Positions 34,662 to 43,570 are shown, numbered from the stretch's first letter. The stretch is 64,000 bases of DNA from an uncultured Gemmatimonadales bacterium (GCA_963816355.1 CAWFKH010000004.1:160001-224000); one strand, 5' to 3'. Notes: generated by a model not told the origin, from the letters alone. A program made the numbers and translations.

Positions 34662-35015
34662 ATGGCCTACGTTCCCACGCCGACTCCCACCTCCGCCCGC
34701 CCGCTCTCCCCTCGAGCACGGGAGCTGAGCAACCGCATCGGCACCGTGATCGAGGAGTACCGGAAGCACGATCCGAACGTGAGCGAGCGCGACGTTCGCG
34801 ATGCGCTGTCGGCCGCCAGGGGCGGCTTCCAGCGCGGCGGACGCGACGCGACGAGGCGCACCCTCGCCATCGCCATCCTCGCCGGAATCGCGGTCGCCGG
34901 TGCCGTCGTCCTCGCCGGGCTCGAGCGCGGAGGGGGCGCCGGCGTGCCGGTGATCCTCGCCGCCGCATTCGCCGCCGGCGCCATCGTCATGAAGCTGCGC
35001 AGGCGCTCCGACTGA
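34662..35015 (+). CDS. Hypothetical protein with two C-terminal TM helices
   Basis: GGAG RBS; coding-like codon use; hydrophobic C-terminal half. Confidence 0.65.
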   Translation: MAYVPTPTPTSARPLSPRARELSNRIGTVIEEYRKHDPNVSERDVRDALSAARGGFQRGGRDATRRTLAIAILAGIAVAGAVVLAGLERGGGAGVPVILAAAFAAGAIVMKLRRRSD

Positions 35016-35062
35016 CGCGCACCAGCGGCGGAGCGGGCCCCTCGACCCGCTCCGTGCGCCGC

Positions 35063-35671
35063 TCACTGCCAGAGGAACGAGAGCCCGAGCTGATAGTATC
35101 TCTGGTCGATGACGTCCGCGCTGAAGAACCCGTTGACCTTCACGTCGCCGGCGAAGGAGCGCTCGAAGCTCGCGTAGGGTGAGATCGCCAACCGCCGTGC
35201 GACACGGATCTGATAGCCGGCACCCGCGCGGGCGGCGAAGCCGCTGATCTGGAGATGGGCCGGCTGTCCCGACGTGGCATCCGTGCCGGTGCTGGTGAAG
35301 CGGGCGTATCCGGCCCCGAGGTCGACGTAGATCCCCTCGTCGTGGGGATTGTAGCCCCCGGTCAGCATCCACGTCGTGATCCCGCTGTGCAGGTCCGGCC
35401 CGCTCTCCCGGTGGCGCCAGCCGTCCACGCGCACACCCGCGCGCCAGTGGTCGCCGATCGTGCCCCCGAGGCCGACGAAGAACGTCGCGCCCGGCGTCGT
35501 GCTGCGGTCGCAGCCGTCGCAGGTGGTCAGAGAGGCCCAGCCCACGCCACCGCCGCCGGCGACCCAGAAGCCGCGGTGCGGCGGAGCCCGACGCTGCGCG
35601 GCGAGCGGCTGAGCCCAGGCGGCCGCACCGACGGCCAGCGCAAAGAGCATGCACGTGATTCGTCGCCTCAT
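35063..35671 (-). CDS. Small outer-membrane beta-barrel protein
   Basis: Signal peptide, amphipathic beta-strands, C-terminal YQLGLSFLWQ; CxxC (CDGC) in an early loop. Confidence 0.75.
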   Translation of the reverse strand: MRRRITCMLFALAVGAAAWAQPLAAQRRAPPHRGFWVAGGGGVGWASLTTCDGCDRSTTPGATFFVGLGGTIGDHWRAGVRVDGWRHRESGPDLHSGITTWMLTGGYNPHDEGIYVDLGAGYARFTSTGTDATSGQPAHLQISGFAARAGAGYQIRVARRLAISPYASFERSFAGDVKVNGFFSADVIDQRYYQLGLSFLWQ

Positions 35672-35913
35672 CCCGACCTCACTGAACGGAACTGCGGTTT
35701 CCGTTCGCCTCGACAGCCACGCCGACCGTGACCACGAACGGTGCGATTCGAGTGGAGAGCGGCCCGCATACGGCCGCTCGTCAAGATGGGCGCGCCGCCG
35801 CTCCGGTCAATGGTGTCCGAGATGCGCGGACGGGGCCCCCCGCTCCATCACGGGGGACCCCGCCCTCACGCGGCGGCCGGTCGACCGACCGCCGCGGCCG
35901 CTGCAAAAAGGCC

Positions 35914-37314
35914 TCAGAAGGAGACCACCCCCTGTAGCATGAGCCCGTCGAACCGTCCGCCGCTGCGGATGTCCGTGGTCGGGAAGTCGTTGTACCTCTG
36001 CTTCACGTACTCACCCTTGAGCAGCAAGTTCGGCGTGATGAACCAGCCGCCCGCGAGCTCCGCGCGCGCCACGCGAACGTCGCCGTCAATCCCGGGAAGG
36101 GTGCCCTTCGCCAGGTTGTAGCGGCCGCCGACGTAGAGCTTGTCGCCCTCGAGGAAGCGGTAGACGACGTCGCCGTCGTACTGCGTCCACTTGCGCACGC
36201 TCGTCTCGCTGGAGGAGCGGCCCTTGGCCTGCTCGGCGACGCCGAAGACCTCGAGGCGGCCGACCTTCACGAACGGGTTGATCATGAAGCTGTGGATCTC
36301 GCTGCCGAACTGCGGGTTGATCGTGCCGGACCACGCCTGGCTGCTGGAGGACGCCTGCGTGTTCTCCAGCACGTACCAGAAGGGGGAGCCGCCGCGATCG
36401 CCGTGGTAGAGCGTGTTGCTGAGCGACTTCGCCTGGCTGAAGAGCGAGCCGGTGAGGCGCACGCGCACGTCCGGCGTGACCTGCTTGTCGAAGCCGAGCT
36501 TGCCGTAGATCGCCGGCGAGCGCCTGCCCGGGTTCGTCACTTCGCCGTGGACCTCGCCGCCCGTCACCCCGACCATGCCGATCAACGGACCGGGCCGCAC
36601 CAGTACCTCGCCACCGATCTCCGTCGTGAAGCCGTCCAGGATCAGGTTGCCGACGAACGGGTCATAGAGCGCCTGGCCGTTGTCGCTGCGCCGGAAGTGC
36701 GCGTCGCCGTAGTCGATCTCGAAGTGGCCGGCCTTCACCGTCGTGAACGCCATCAGGAACTGCAGCGGCAGCCAGTCGATCGGCGACTGGTCGATCAGCA
36801 GGTAGCCGTCCTTCACCCACGCCTCGCTGTGGTGCCGTGACGAAAGGTAGGTGGTGAGCGCCACCCGGATCCCCGGCGCAAGCTGCGCGTTCAGGTACAG
36901 GTTCGCCGCCGCGTTGTCGAAGCCCGCGCCGATGTCCTTCAGCGCGTTCTGGTCGACGCCGTCCACCATCTTCGGCGCCGCGGCGTTGCTGTGCGACAGC
37001 GACTGGAACTGCTGCGCGAACGCCGCGCCGAACGCGAGCCGGAAGCCGTCGAACGGGACGTCGTCGAACTTCGGCGCCTCGAAGATGTTCAGGCCGCGCT
37101 GATCGTTCGCGCGCATCCGCTGGATCGTGATCGGTGGCGCCTTGCTCGGCGAATCGTCCGTCGCCGAGCCCGTCGTCGAGTCCGTCGCCGAGCCCGACGT
37201 GGCCGTCTTCGCGCCTCCGTCCTTCCCCGTCGACGGGCTCTGCTGCGCCGCGAGGGGAGCCACGCCCATCGCCGCCAGGGCGATGCTCAGGAACAGCCTG
37301 CCATGCCATCTCAT
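35914..37314 (-). CDS. Large outer-membrane beta-barrel/porin-like protein of unknown function
   Basis: ATG at 37314; signal peptide; strands ending LQGVVSF (terminal Phe); YLSSRHH, YGDAHFRRSDNG motifs. Confidence 0.8.
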   Translation of the reverse strand: MRWHGRLFLSIALAAMGVAPLAAQQSPSTGKDGGAKTATSGSATDSTTGSATDDSPSKAPPITIQRMRANDQRGLNIFEAPKFDDVPFDGFRLAFGAAFAQQFQSLSHSNAAAPKMVDGVDQNALKDIGAGFDNAAANLYLNAQLAPGIRVALTTYLSSRHHSEAWVKDGYLLIDQSPIDWLPLQFLMAFTTVKAGHFEIDYGDAHFRRSDNGQALYDPFVGNLILDGFTTEIGGEVLVRPGPLIGMVGVTGGEVHGEVTNPGRRSPAIYGKLGFDKQVTPDVRVRLTGSLFSQAKSLSNTLYHGDRGGSPFWYVLENTQASSSSQAWSGTINPQFGSEIHSFMINPFVKVGRLEVFGVAEQAKGRSSSETSVRKWTQYDGDVVYRFLEGDKLYVGGRYNLAKGTLPGIDGDVRVARAELAGGWFITPNLLLKGEYVKQRYNDFPTTDIRSGGRFDGLMLQGVVSF

Positions 37315-37349
37315 GATCGATCTCTCTCTATCGTGAAGGGGTCGTTGGC

Positions 37350-37967
37350 TTACCGCGAGCCGCCGTCCTGGATCAGCGCGACCGTCTGCGCCCGCATCAC
37401 CATGTCGAAGCTCACGCGTACCTCGTCTCCCACCTTGAGCGTGCCCAGCATCAGCGTCGGCGGCTTCACGCCGAAGTCCGTCATGCGAATCTCCTGCTTC
37501 CCCTGCACCCGGATGCCGCCGTCCGGGGACTTCGTCACCGTCACGTCCATCGTCACCGGCCGCGTCTGACCGGCAATCGTCATGTCGCCCGTCACCTTCA
37601 CAGGCACCGTCTCGGCGTCGATCGCCGCGCCGATGTCGTAGGCGCTCATCACGTAGCTGATGGTCGGATACTCCTTCGCCTTCAGCGCCTTCTCCAGGTG
37701 CTCCTCCATCTTCCCGTTGCCGCAGTCGATCTTCTCCACCGGGAAGCTCAGCGACACCGCCTCCACCGACTTCTCGCCCGCGACGACGCTCGACTCGTAT
37801 CCGGCGCCCGCCTTCAGCACCGTCCTGATCTCCGCCTCCCGGCACGACCAGCTGCGAACCGTCGAGGTGCCGGAGATATCGAGCTGGCCCGCCGGCTCCT
37901 GCGCCGCCGCGCCGCCCACCCAGACGAGCCCGGCCACCGCCAGGCCCAGAATCCACTCTTTTCGCAT
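37350..37967 (-). CDS. YceI-family periplasmic lipid/polyisoprenoid-binding protein
   Basis: Signal peptide; ISGTSTVRSW, AL.AKEYPTI, GDMTIAG, MTDFGVKPP, LKVGDEV.VSF. Confidence 0.9.
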   Translation of the reverse strand: MRKEWILGLAVAGLVWVGGAAAQEPAGQLDISGTSTVRSWSCREAEIRTVLKAGAGYESSVVAGEKSVEAVSLSFPVEKIDCGNGKMEEHLEKALKAKEYPTISYVMSAYDIGAAIDAETVPVKVTGDMTIAGQTRPVTMDVTVTKSPDGGIRVQGKQEIRMTDFGVKPPTLMLGTLKVGDEVRVSFDMVMRAQTVALIQDGGSR

Positions 37968-38175
37968 GGTCAACTCCTCATTGCAATCCGTGAGAGGCCA
38001 CCGCGATTCCCGGTAGGTTCACCTCCCTCACGGCTGCAATAACCTATTTCCGCATGATGATTGGATCAGTCGGGAAAGGGAGGAAACCCACGCGGGGCAG
38101 CACGCCACGGCCGCGTACGGAGGAAGGCGACGAAACGCACCGAACCGTAGGGAAAACCCCGACAGGCGCCAATGC

Positions 38176-38284
38176 CCCTCGGCGAAGCCGAGCTTCCCTC
38201 GGCGAAGCCGAGCTTCCCACGGCGAAGCCCGAGCTTCCCTCGGCGAAGCCCGAGCTTCCCTCGGCGAAGCCGAGCTTCCCTCGC
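38176..38284. repeat. Tandem array of 20-21-bp palindromic units (5 copies plus partial)
   Basis: ccc(t/a)cggcgaagcc(c)gagctt x5; core ctcggc-gaa-gccgag is a perfect hairpin in three units. Confidence 0.92.
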
Positions 38285-38302
38285 CGCCAGGCGAGCGTTC
38301 AG

Positions 38303-38374
38303 TGGGCCGGGTGGGGATCGAACCCACGACCCTGGGCTTAAAAGGCCCCTGCTCTACCACTGAGCTACCGGCCC
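38303..38374 (-). tRNA. tRNA-Lys(UUU), CCA not encoded
   Basis: RC: GGGCCGGTAGCTCAGTGGTAGAGCAGGGGCCTTTTAAGCCCAGGGTCGTGGGTTCGATCCCCACCCGGCCCA; acceptor, D, T arms and CTTTTAA loop. Confidence 0.96.
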
Positions 38375-38380
38375 GGCGAG

Positions 38381-38409
38381 AAGCTAACCGCTCGGTCGAA
38401 GGCCTACAA
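38381..38409 (-). promoter_or_regulatory. Putative sigma70 promoter of tRNA-Lys
   Basis: Minus strand TTGTAG-N17-TAGCTT, ending 6 nt before the tRNA 5' end. Confidence 0.6.
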
Positions 38410-38709
38410 CCGGCCGGTGGGCGCCGCGGCGGGCGGCACGTTCAGTCGACGCGCAGGGTCGTCGCGGAATCGACGCGGGTCGCGCGGGGCGGGCGGCACG
38501 CGCGCAAGCGCGGCTGCGGCGAGGAGGAGGATCGCGGCGAGGCGTGGACCAGCGGGTCGTGCGGCGATGCGGCCGCGACGCCCGGCAGCGCTAGCGCGCT
38601 CGAGCGCCGGCGGATAGAAACGCGCGCGCTGCGCCTTGTGCAGCGCCGGCCGCTTCCGGCGGGGGGTGCTTCCCGCGGACTACACTTCGCGCGGTGGTGC
38701 TTCCCGCGG

Positions 38710-39135
38710 TCATTCTTCCGGCTCGGGTTGTCCTTTCAGGGCGGTGTTGTGGCCGAGCCAGGCGCCGGCGATGGCGGCGGCGATCTGCTCGAGGAGGAGG
38801 CCGGAGGCGGCGACGGGGGTGACGCCCGTCCACGTCGTGGCCGGGACGAGGGCGACGGTCACGATGTTGAGGAAGAACCAGGCGACGAGAGACGTCAGCC
38901 CGATGGCGAGGCCGTGGAGGATCGGCGCGTGCATGGAGCGGAAGCCGGCGACGAAGCCGCCCGTCGCGAACCCCGCCGCGAGCGCGATCGCGGCGATCGC
39001 CGCCCCGCCGGCGTCCTCCGGCGCGAGCCCGAGCGCCGCGAAGAGGAGGAAGACGCCCGCCGCGACGGCCACGGCCACGAGCCATCCCATGGCGACGTTG
39101 GTGGAGCGGACGTTCTGGAGGTGCTCGGTGTGCAT
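38710..39135 (-). CDS. Four-TM membrane protein of unknown function
   Basis: MHTEHLQNV...; GF.TGGFVAG....APILHG pattern. Confidence 0.7.
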   Translation of the reverse strand: MHTEHLQNVRSTNVAMGWLVAVAVAAGVFLLFAALGLAPEDAGGAAIAAIALAAGFATGGFVAGFRSMHAPILHGLAIGLTSLVAWFFLNIVTVALVPATTWTGVTPVAASGLLLEQIAAAIAGAWLGHNTALKGQPEPEE

Positions 39136-39286
39136 GGGTGTTTCCAGGGTTGTGGTTGGTGTTCGCGGTCGCGGGTGGCGTCGAGCGAGTCCCGGACCGC
39201 GATCGGTCCGCGGTCTGCGGAGGGGGTCTGCGGGAGGTATGGGGTACCCGGTCTCGGGGAACACCCTCCTCCGCGATCTCCCCGCT

Positions 39287-39452
39287 CAATCCCGCAGTCC
39301 AATCCCGCAGTCCAATCCCGCAGTCCAATCCCGCAGTTCAATCCCGCGGTCCAATCCCGCAGTCCAATCCCGCAGTCCAATCCCGCAGTCCAATCCCGCA
39401 GTCCAATCCCGCGGTCCAATCCCGCGGTCCAATCCCGCAGTCCCGCAGTCCA
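39287..39452. repeat. 13-bp tandem repeat, 12 full copies plus partial
   Basis: caatcccgc(a/g)gt(c/t) units from 39287 to 39442, then ccgcagtc. Confidence 0.95.
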
Positions 39453-39641
39453 TCACCCTTCCTCCATCCTCTCCCCCGCGGCCTTGGCGGCGGCTTCGAT
39501 CTCGTCGCGCTGCTGCGCGAAGTGGCGATAGAGCGCGAACGTGGCCCATGCCGCAACGGCGAAGATGAGGACCGGAAAGCCCCAGCTCCACAGCGGCCCG
39601 TGCAGACGGTGCACGGTGAGCACGCTGTCGGCGGCGTTCAT
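39453..39641 (-). CDS. Small single-TM membrane protein (62 aa)
   Basis: GGAGG RBS; LWSWGFPVLIFAVAAWATFALYRHF; ATGA-coupled to the upstream micro-ORF. Confidence 0.7.
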   Translation of the reverse strand: MNAADSVLTVHRLHGPLWSWGFPVLIFAVAAWATFALYRHFAQQRDEIEAAAKAAGERMEEG

Positions 39642-39808
39642 GGTGATCCTCCCGGATGGGGCTCGGTTCGTGCCGGGTCGGCGCCCTCCTCGCCCGCCGC
39701 CTCGGCGTTGCGCCGGCGTCGCCAGGCGAGGTAGGCGAGTCCCATGCCGAGGAAGGACGCGATGTAGGCGATGCTCATGCCGATGAGGGTGACGAGGCCG
39801 CGCTCCAT
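39638..39808 (-). CDS. Small single-TM membrane protein (56 aa, below the ORF-track cutoff)
   Basis: AGGAGG RBS; MERGLVTLIGMSIAYIASFLGMGLAYLAWRRRRNAEAAGEEGADPARTEPHPGGSP*; starts 1 nt after the SSS stop. Confidence 0.7.
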   Translation of the reverse strand: MERGLVTLIGMSIAYIASFLGMGLAYLAWRRRRNAEAAGEEGADPARTEPHPGGSP

Positions 39809-39809
39809 C

Positions 39810-41753
39810 TCAAGCCTCCTGGAAGCGGGGAGCGGCGTCGCCGTCGCCGCCCACGGCGAGGTCCATCTGGGCGAGGTAGCGGCTCTGGCGCAGCTCGTAG
39901 TCGATGGAGACGGCGCGCAGCTTCGGGTCGATGACCCAGTAGAGGAAGCCGCCGCAGGCCAGGCCCGCGCCGAGGATCGGAACGCCGTGCCAGCGTGCGA
40001 GGAGCGTGAGCGCGAGGCCGATCATGACGAGCCCGTAGGAGAGGGGGGCGAGCACGATGGCGATCCAGTCCTCGCGCGTCCACTCCTGCGCGGCTTCGGC
40101 GTTCCAGCGGCGGCGGATCAGCGGCCGCTGCGCGGCCGCGGCTCCGGTGGTCGGCGCGGGCGACGTCGTCGTCGCTTGGCTCCCGGCGCGGACGAGGCCT
40201 CGCCGCTCCGCCTCGGCGCGCACGGGTCCCCACCAGCCGAGCGGCCGCGTCATCACGTAGTAGCGGACGAGGTGATCCATCGACTCGGCGCGAGTGAGGA
40301 GCGTGGCGGGCAGGAAGACGAGGATCCCGATGCCCATGAGGAGCCAGAACTGGAGGTAGTCGGGCAGGACGGGGAGCACGCCGAAGGCGGGCAGCACCCA
40401 GACGACGAGCCAGGCGATGCCGAGGTTGGCGATCCAGGCGGAGAGGTAGCCCCACGCGTTGAAGCGCCACCATACCACCTGCAGGATGTTGGGCAGCCAG
40501 ATCCCGGCCATCATCAGCCACAACGCGAAGATCAGCCACTGCGTGATCTCCTGCATCATGAGGCCGTAGAAGAAGGAGCCGACGAGGAGGACGGCGGTGG
40601 CCCAGCGGCCGACGCGCACGAGCTGTTTGTCCGTCGCGTCCGGCTTCAGGTACCGCTGGTAGAGGTCGCGCGTGAAGTAGAGGGCGCCGAGGTTGAGGTG
40701 GCTCGAGATCGTGGACAGGTGGATGGCGAGGATGGCGCCGAAGAAGGTGCCCAGCAGGCCGGCGGGCAACAGGTCGAAGCCGAGGCGAAACCAGGCCAGC
40801 TCGTACTCGCTCGTCTGTTTGATCCCCGGCCGCAGCGTGAAGAACGCGAGGACCGCCGCGGCCCAGAAGCTGTTGCGCACGAGGGTGACGGCGCCGCCGC
40901 CGAAGAGGCCGTAGCTCGCGTCGCGCACGGATTTCGCCGACTGGATGCGCTGCGCCTCCGCGTACCAGTCGATGCTGGTCCCCATGCCGAAGCCGCCCAG
41001 CACGGCGATGACGAGCATCGTCAGCCACCAGACGGCGGGGAAATCGCCGTGGAGCCAGCCGGTGAAGGCGAGCGAGTCGAGCCGCCACATCTGGCCCATG
41101 TCGGTGAGGCGCGCGGCGATGCCGGCGCCGCCACCGGCGGCCCACACGCCGGCCAAGGAAACGAGGACGATGGCGAAGACGGCGACAATGCCCTGCAGGA
41201 AGTCGCCCATCACGACGCCCCAGTAGCCGGCGGCGAGGGTGTAGATGGCGGTGATGAGGGAGGGGATGACGAGGCCCACCCAGAGCGGCCAGCCGAAGGC
41301 GAGGTGGGTGACCTTGCCCATCGCCATGCCCACCCAGCCGAGGATGAACATGTTCATGAAGACCTGCCAGCCGGCGAGCCAGCCGCGCAGCAGCTCGGCG
41401 CCGAGGCCTTCGAAGCGCACCACCTGCCACTCCGCCTGCGTGTAGGCGAGGGAGCGGCGGAAGAGGCGGGCGGAGACGAACGATCCGATCGACGACCACG
41501 CGGTGAAGAAGGTGTACCACAGGCCGCGCAGGCCGTGCTGGTAGATGACGCCGCTCACCCACATGGGCGTGTCGGTGGCGGTGTGGGTGCTGAAGACGGA
41601 GGAGGCGGGCAGCCACCACGGCAGCCCGCGGCCGGCGAGGAAGAAGTCGGACTCGGAGCGCCGAGCGAGGCGATAGAAGAGCCACGCGCCGCCCACCATC
41701 AGCAGCAGGAAGGCGAGGACCCAGAACCAGTCGAGGACGGTGAAGTGGACCAT
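39810..41753 (-). CDS. Sodium:solute symporter (SSS) family transporter
   Basis: ATG at 41753; DFFLAGRGLPWW, DTP.WVSG, AQRI.SAK, LSTISSHLN.GA.Y.TRDLY, WWRFNAWG. Confidence 0.92.
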   Translation of the reverse strand: MVHFTVLDWFWVLAFLLLMVGGAWLFYRLARRSESDFFLAGRGLPWWLPASSVFSTHTATDTPMWVSGVIYQHGLRGLWYTFFTAWSSIGSFVSARLFRRSLAYTQAEWQVVRFEGLGAELLRGWLAGWQVFMNMFILGWVGMAMGKVTHLAFGWPLWVGLVIPSLITAIYTLAAGYWGVVMGDFLQGIVAVFAIVLVSLAGVWAAGGGAGIAARLTDMGQMWRLDSLAFTGWLHGDFPAVWWLTMLVIAVLGGFGMGTSIDWYAEAQRIQSAKSVRDASYGLFGGGAVTLVRNSFWAAAVLAFFTLRPGIKQTSEYELAWFRLGFDLLPAGLLGTFFGAILAIHLSTISSHLNLGALYFTRDLYQRYLKPDATDKQLVRVGRWATAVLLVGSFFYGLMMQEITQWLIFALWLMMAGIWLPNILQVVWWRFNAWGYLSAWIANLGIAWLVVWVLPAFGVLPVLPDYLQFWLLMGIGILVFLPATLLTRAESMDHLVRYYVMTRPLGWWGPVRAEAERRGLVRAGSQATTTSPAPTTGAAAAQRPLIRRRWNAEAAQEWTREDWIAIVLAPLSYGLVMIGLALTLLARWHGVPILGAGLACGGFLYWVIDPKLRAVSIDYELRQSRYLAQMDLAVGGDGDAAPRFQEA

Positions 41754-41761
41754 CGGGCCGC

Positions 41762-43468
41762 CTACTTCATCGGCCCGGTGGTGGCGAGGCCGGCGGCGCG
41801 CTTCGCGTCGGCGACCATGCGCGCGACGTCGGCGAGGAGCCGCTTCGCGTCGTAGACGATGCCGTCCTTGATCGTGTACTTCACGCCGCCGACCCGTTCG
41901 ACCTGGCCGGTCTCGTCGTTCAGGCGCAGCGTGCCGGTGCCGTAGAGCACCTTGAAGTCCTCGATCGGGTTGTACTCCGTCAGCACGAGATCGGCGCGCC
42001 GGCCCGCCTCGAGGGTGCCGAAGTCCGGCGGCGCGCCGCCGGGCGCCGCGAGCTGGCGCGCGCCGCAAAGCGTGGCGGCGCGGACGACCTCGAGCGGGTG
42101 GAAGCCGGCCTCCTGCAGCAGCTCCAGCTCACGGATGTAGGCGAAGCCGTAGAGCTTGTAGATGAAGCCGGAGTCGGAGCCGGTGCAGACGTGGCCGCCA
42201 TGGTTCTTGTAGTCGTCGAGGAACGCCATCCAGAGGCGATAGTCGCGTTTCCACTCGATCTCGTCGGCGGTCGTCCAGTGGTACCAGTAGGAGCCGTGAC
42301 TCTCGCGGCTGGGCCGATAGAAGTCCCACAGCGACGGCAGCGTGTAGGTGTCGTGCCACTCGGCGCGCCGCGCGCGCATGAGGTCGCGGCTCGCTTCGTA
42401 GATCGTCAGGGTCGGATCGATGTAGAAGCCGAGCGCGAGCATCGAGTCCCGCACGAGGTTCCAGCGCGCCGTTCCCGGCTTCGCCGCCTGCTTCCACAGC
42501 CGGCCCGCCTGCCCGAAGCGGTCGTATTCGTCGTTGTAGTTGTAGTCATAGGGGAAGTCCTGCACCGTGCGGTCGTCGAAGAGCGCCTCCGGCAGGCCGT
42601 AGTAGTGCTCCATCGCGCCCAGACCCATGCCCGCCGCGTCGAGCGCGTCGATGCGCGCCACGCCCTGCTGGCTGAGGTGCGACATCGTGCCGAGGTGGTG
42701 CTTCTTCGCCTCGTCGATCACCGCGGCGAACACCGCCGGGTCGTTTGAGCGGGGATAGGTGCCGGGGATCATCTTGAAGCCGTCGACCCCCTTCGCCGCC
42801 GCCCAGCGCACGTATGCGCGGGCCTTCTCCGGCGTGTTCACCGTGCCGCCGTCCCACCCCGTGCCGACGAACGCGTACGCGTAGATGTGCGGCGCCACGA
42901 TCTCGTTCTTCGCCGCCCTCGCGCGCTCCTCCAGCGTCCAGTCGATGCCGTTGCGCGAGCCCGGGTCGCGAATCGTCGTCACGCCGTGGGCCATCCACAG
43001 CTTGTAGACGTACTCCGCCGGCGTGCCCTGCGGCGCGCCGCCGATGTGCGCGTGCACGTCGACGAAGCCGGGCAGCGCGTACATGCCGTGCGCGTCGATC
43101 TCCTTCGTCGCGCCGCCCGGCCGCCGCTCGGGCCGGATCGGCACGCCGGGAGCGCCGACGCTCACGACGTCCACGATGCGATCGCCCTCGATCACGATGT
43201 CGACCGGCCCGACCGGCGGAGCGCCGGTCCCGTCCACCATCGTGACGCCGCGGATGATCAGCCGCTGGAACGGCCCCTCCCCCTCCCCCGCCCGGTCCGG
43301 CGCGTGCGCCACGCCGCCGTCCTGCGCCGCGCGCGCCGCCGGCGTCGGCTCCGGCTTCGCGCCCCCCGCCCCCGGCCTCGCCGCCGGCTGCTGCGCGGCG
43401 GTGGTCGCCGGGCCGCCCGCGACCACGGCGAGCACCGCGCCCGCCACGAACCATCGACACCTTCTCAC
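41762..43468 (-). CDS. Secreted amidohydrolase-family protein
   Basis: GTG at 43468 after GAGGAG; signal peptide; PGFVDVHAH, HGVTTIRDPG, TGSDSG, G.LEAGRRADLV. Confidence 0.88.
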   Translation of the reverse strand: MRRCRWFVAGAVLAVVAGGPATTAAQQPAARPGAGGAKPEPTPAARAAQDGGVAHAPDRAGEGEGPFQRLIIRGVTMVDGTGAPPVGPVDIVIEGDRIVDVVSVGAPGVPIRPERRPGGATKEIDAHGMYALPGFVDVHAHIGGAPQGTPAEYVYKLWMAHGVTTIRDPGSRNGIDWTLEERARAAKNEIVAPHIYAYAFVGTGWDGGTVNTPEKARAYVRWAAAKGVDGFKMIPGTYPRSNDPAVFAAVIDEAKKHHLGTMSHLSQQGVARIDALDAAGMGLGAMEHYYGLPEALFDDRTVQDFPYDYNYNDEYDRFGQAGRLWKQAAKPGTARWNLVRDSMLALGFYIDPTLTIYEASRDLMRARRAEWHDTYTLPSLWDFYRPSRESHGSYWYHWTTADEIEWKRDYRLWMAFLDDYKNHGGHVCTGSDSGFIYKLYGFAYIRELELLQEAGFHPLEVVRAATLCGARQLAAPGGAPPDFGTLEAGRRADLVLTEYNPIEDFKVLYGTGTLRLNDETGQVERVGGVKYTIKDGIVYDAKRLLADVARMVADAKRAAGLATTGPMK

Positions 43469-43570
43469 GATCGGCTCCTCGCGAATGCGCCCCCCCTGCG
43501 GACAGCCTATATTCTCCGCTTCCCCGCTCGCCGGCAACCGCAGCCGCCCACCGACTTCGAGAGGGAGCCG

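Noticed and set aside
38054..38069. FNR-like box upstream of yceI (tgatgattggatca)
   Set aside because: Half-site spacing is 3 or 6 nt, not the canonical TTGAT-N4-ATCAA
38303..38374. tRNA-Lys as attachment site of an integrated element
   Set aside because: No integrase and no duplicated tRNA 3' fragment seen in the window
38654..38710. Direct repeat ggtgcttcccgcgg x2 as a possible ncRNA
   Set aside because: Only two short copies; no recognisable RNA family or convincing fold
38176..39452. CRISPR array interpretation of the two repeat tracts
   Set aside because: Units are directly abutting with no unique spacers, are 13 and 20-21 bp long, and no cas genes are in the window
38028..39734. ORFs running through the repeats and tRNA (e.g. 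38028-38360, 38172-38363, 39138-39734, 39286-39591)
   Set aside because: They translate repeat units or tRNA sequence; no RBS or family motifs
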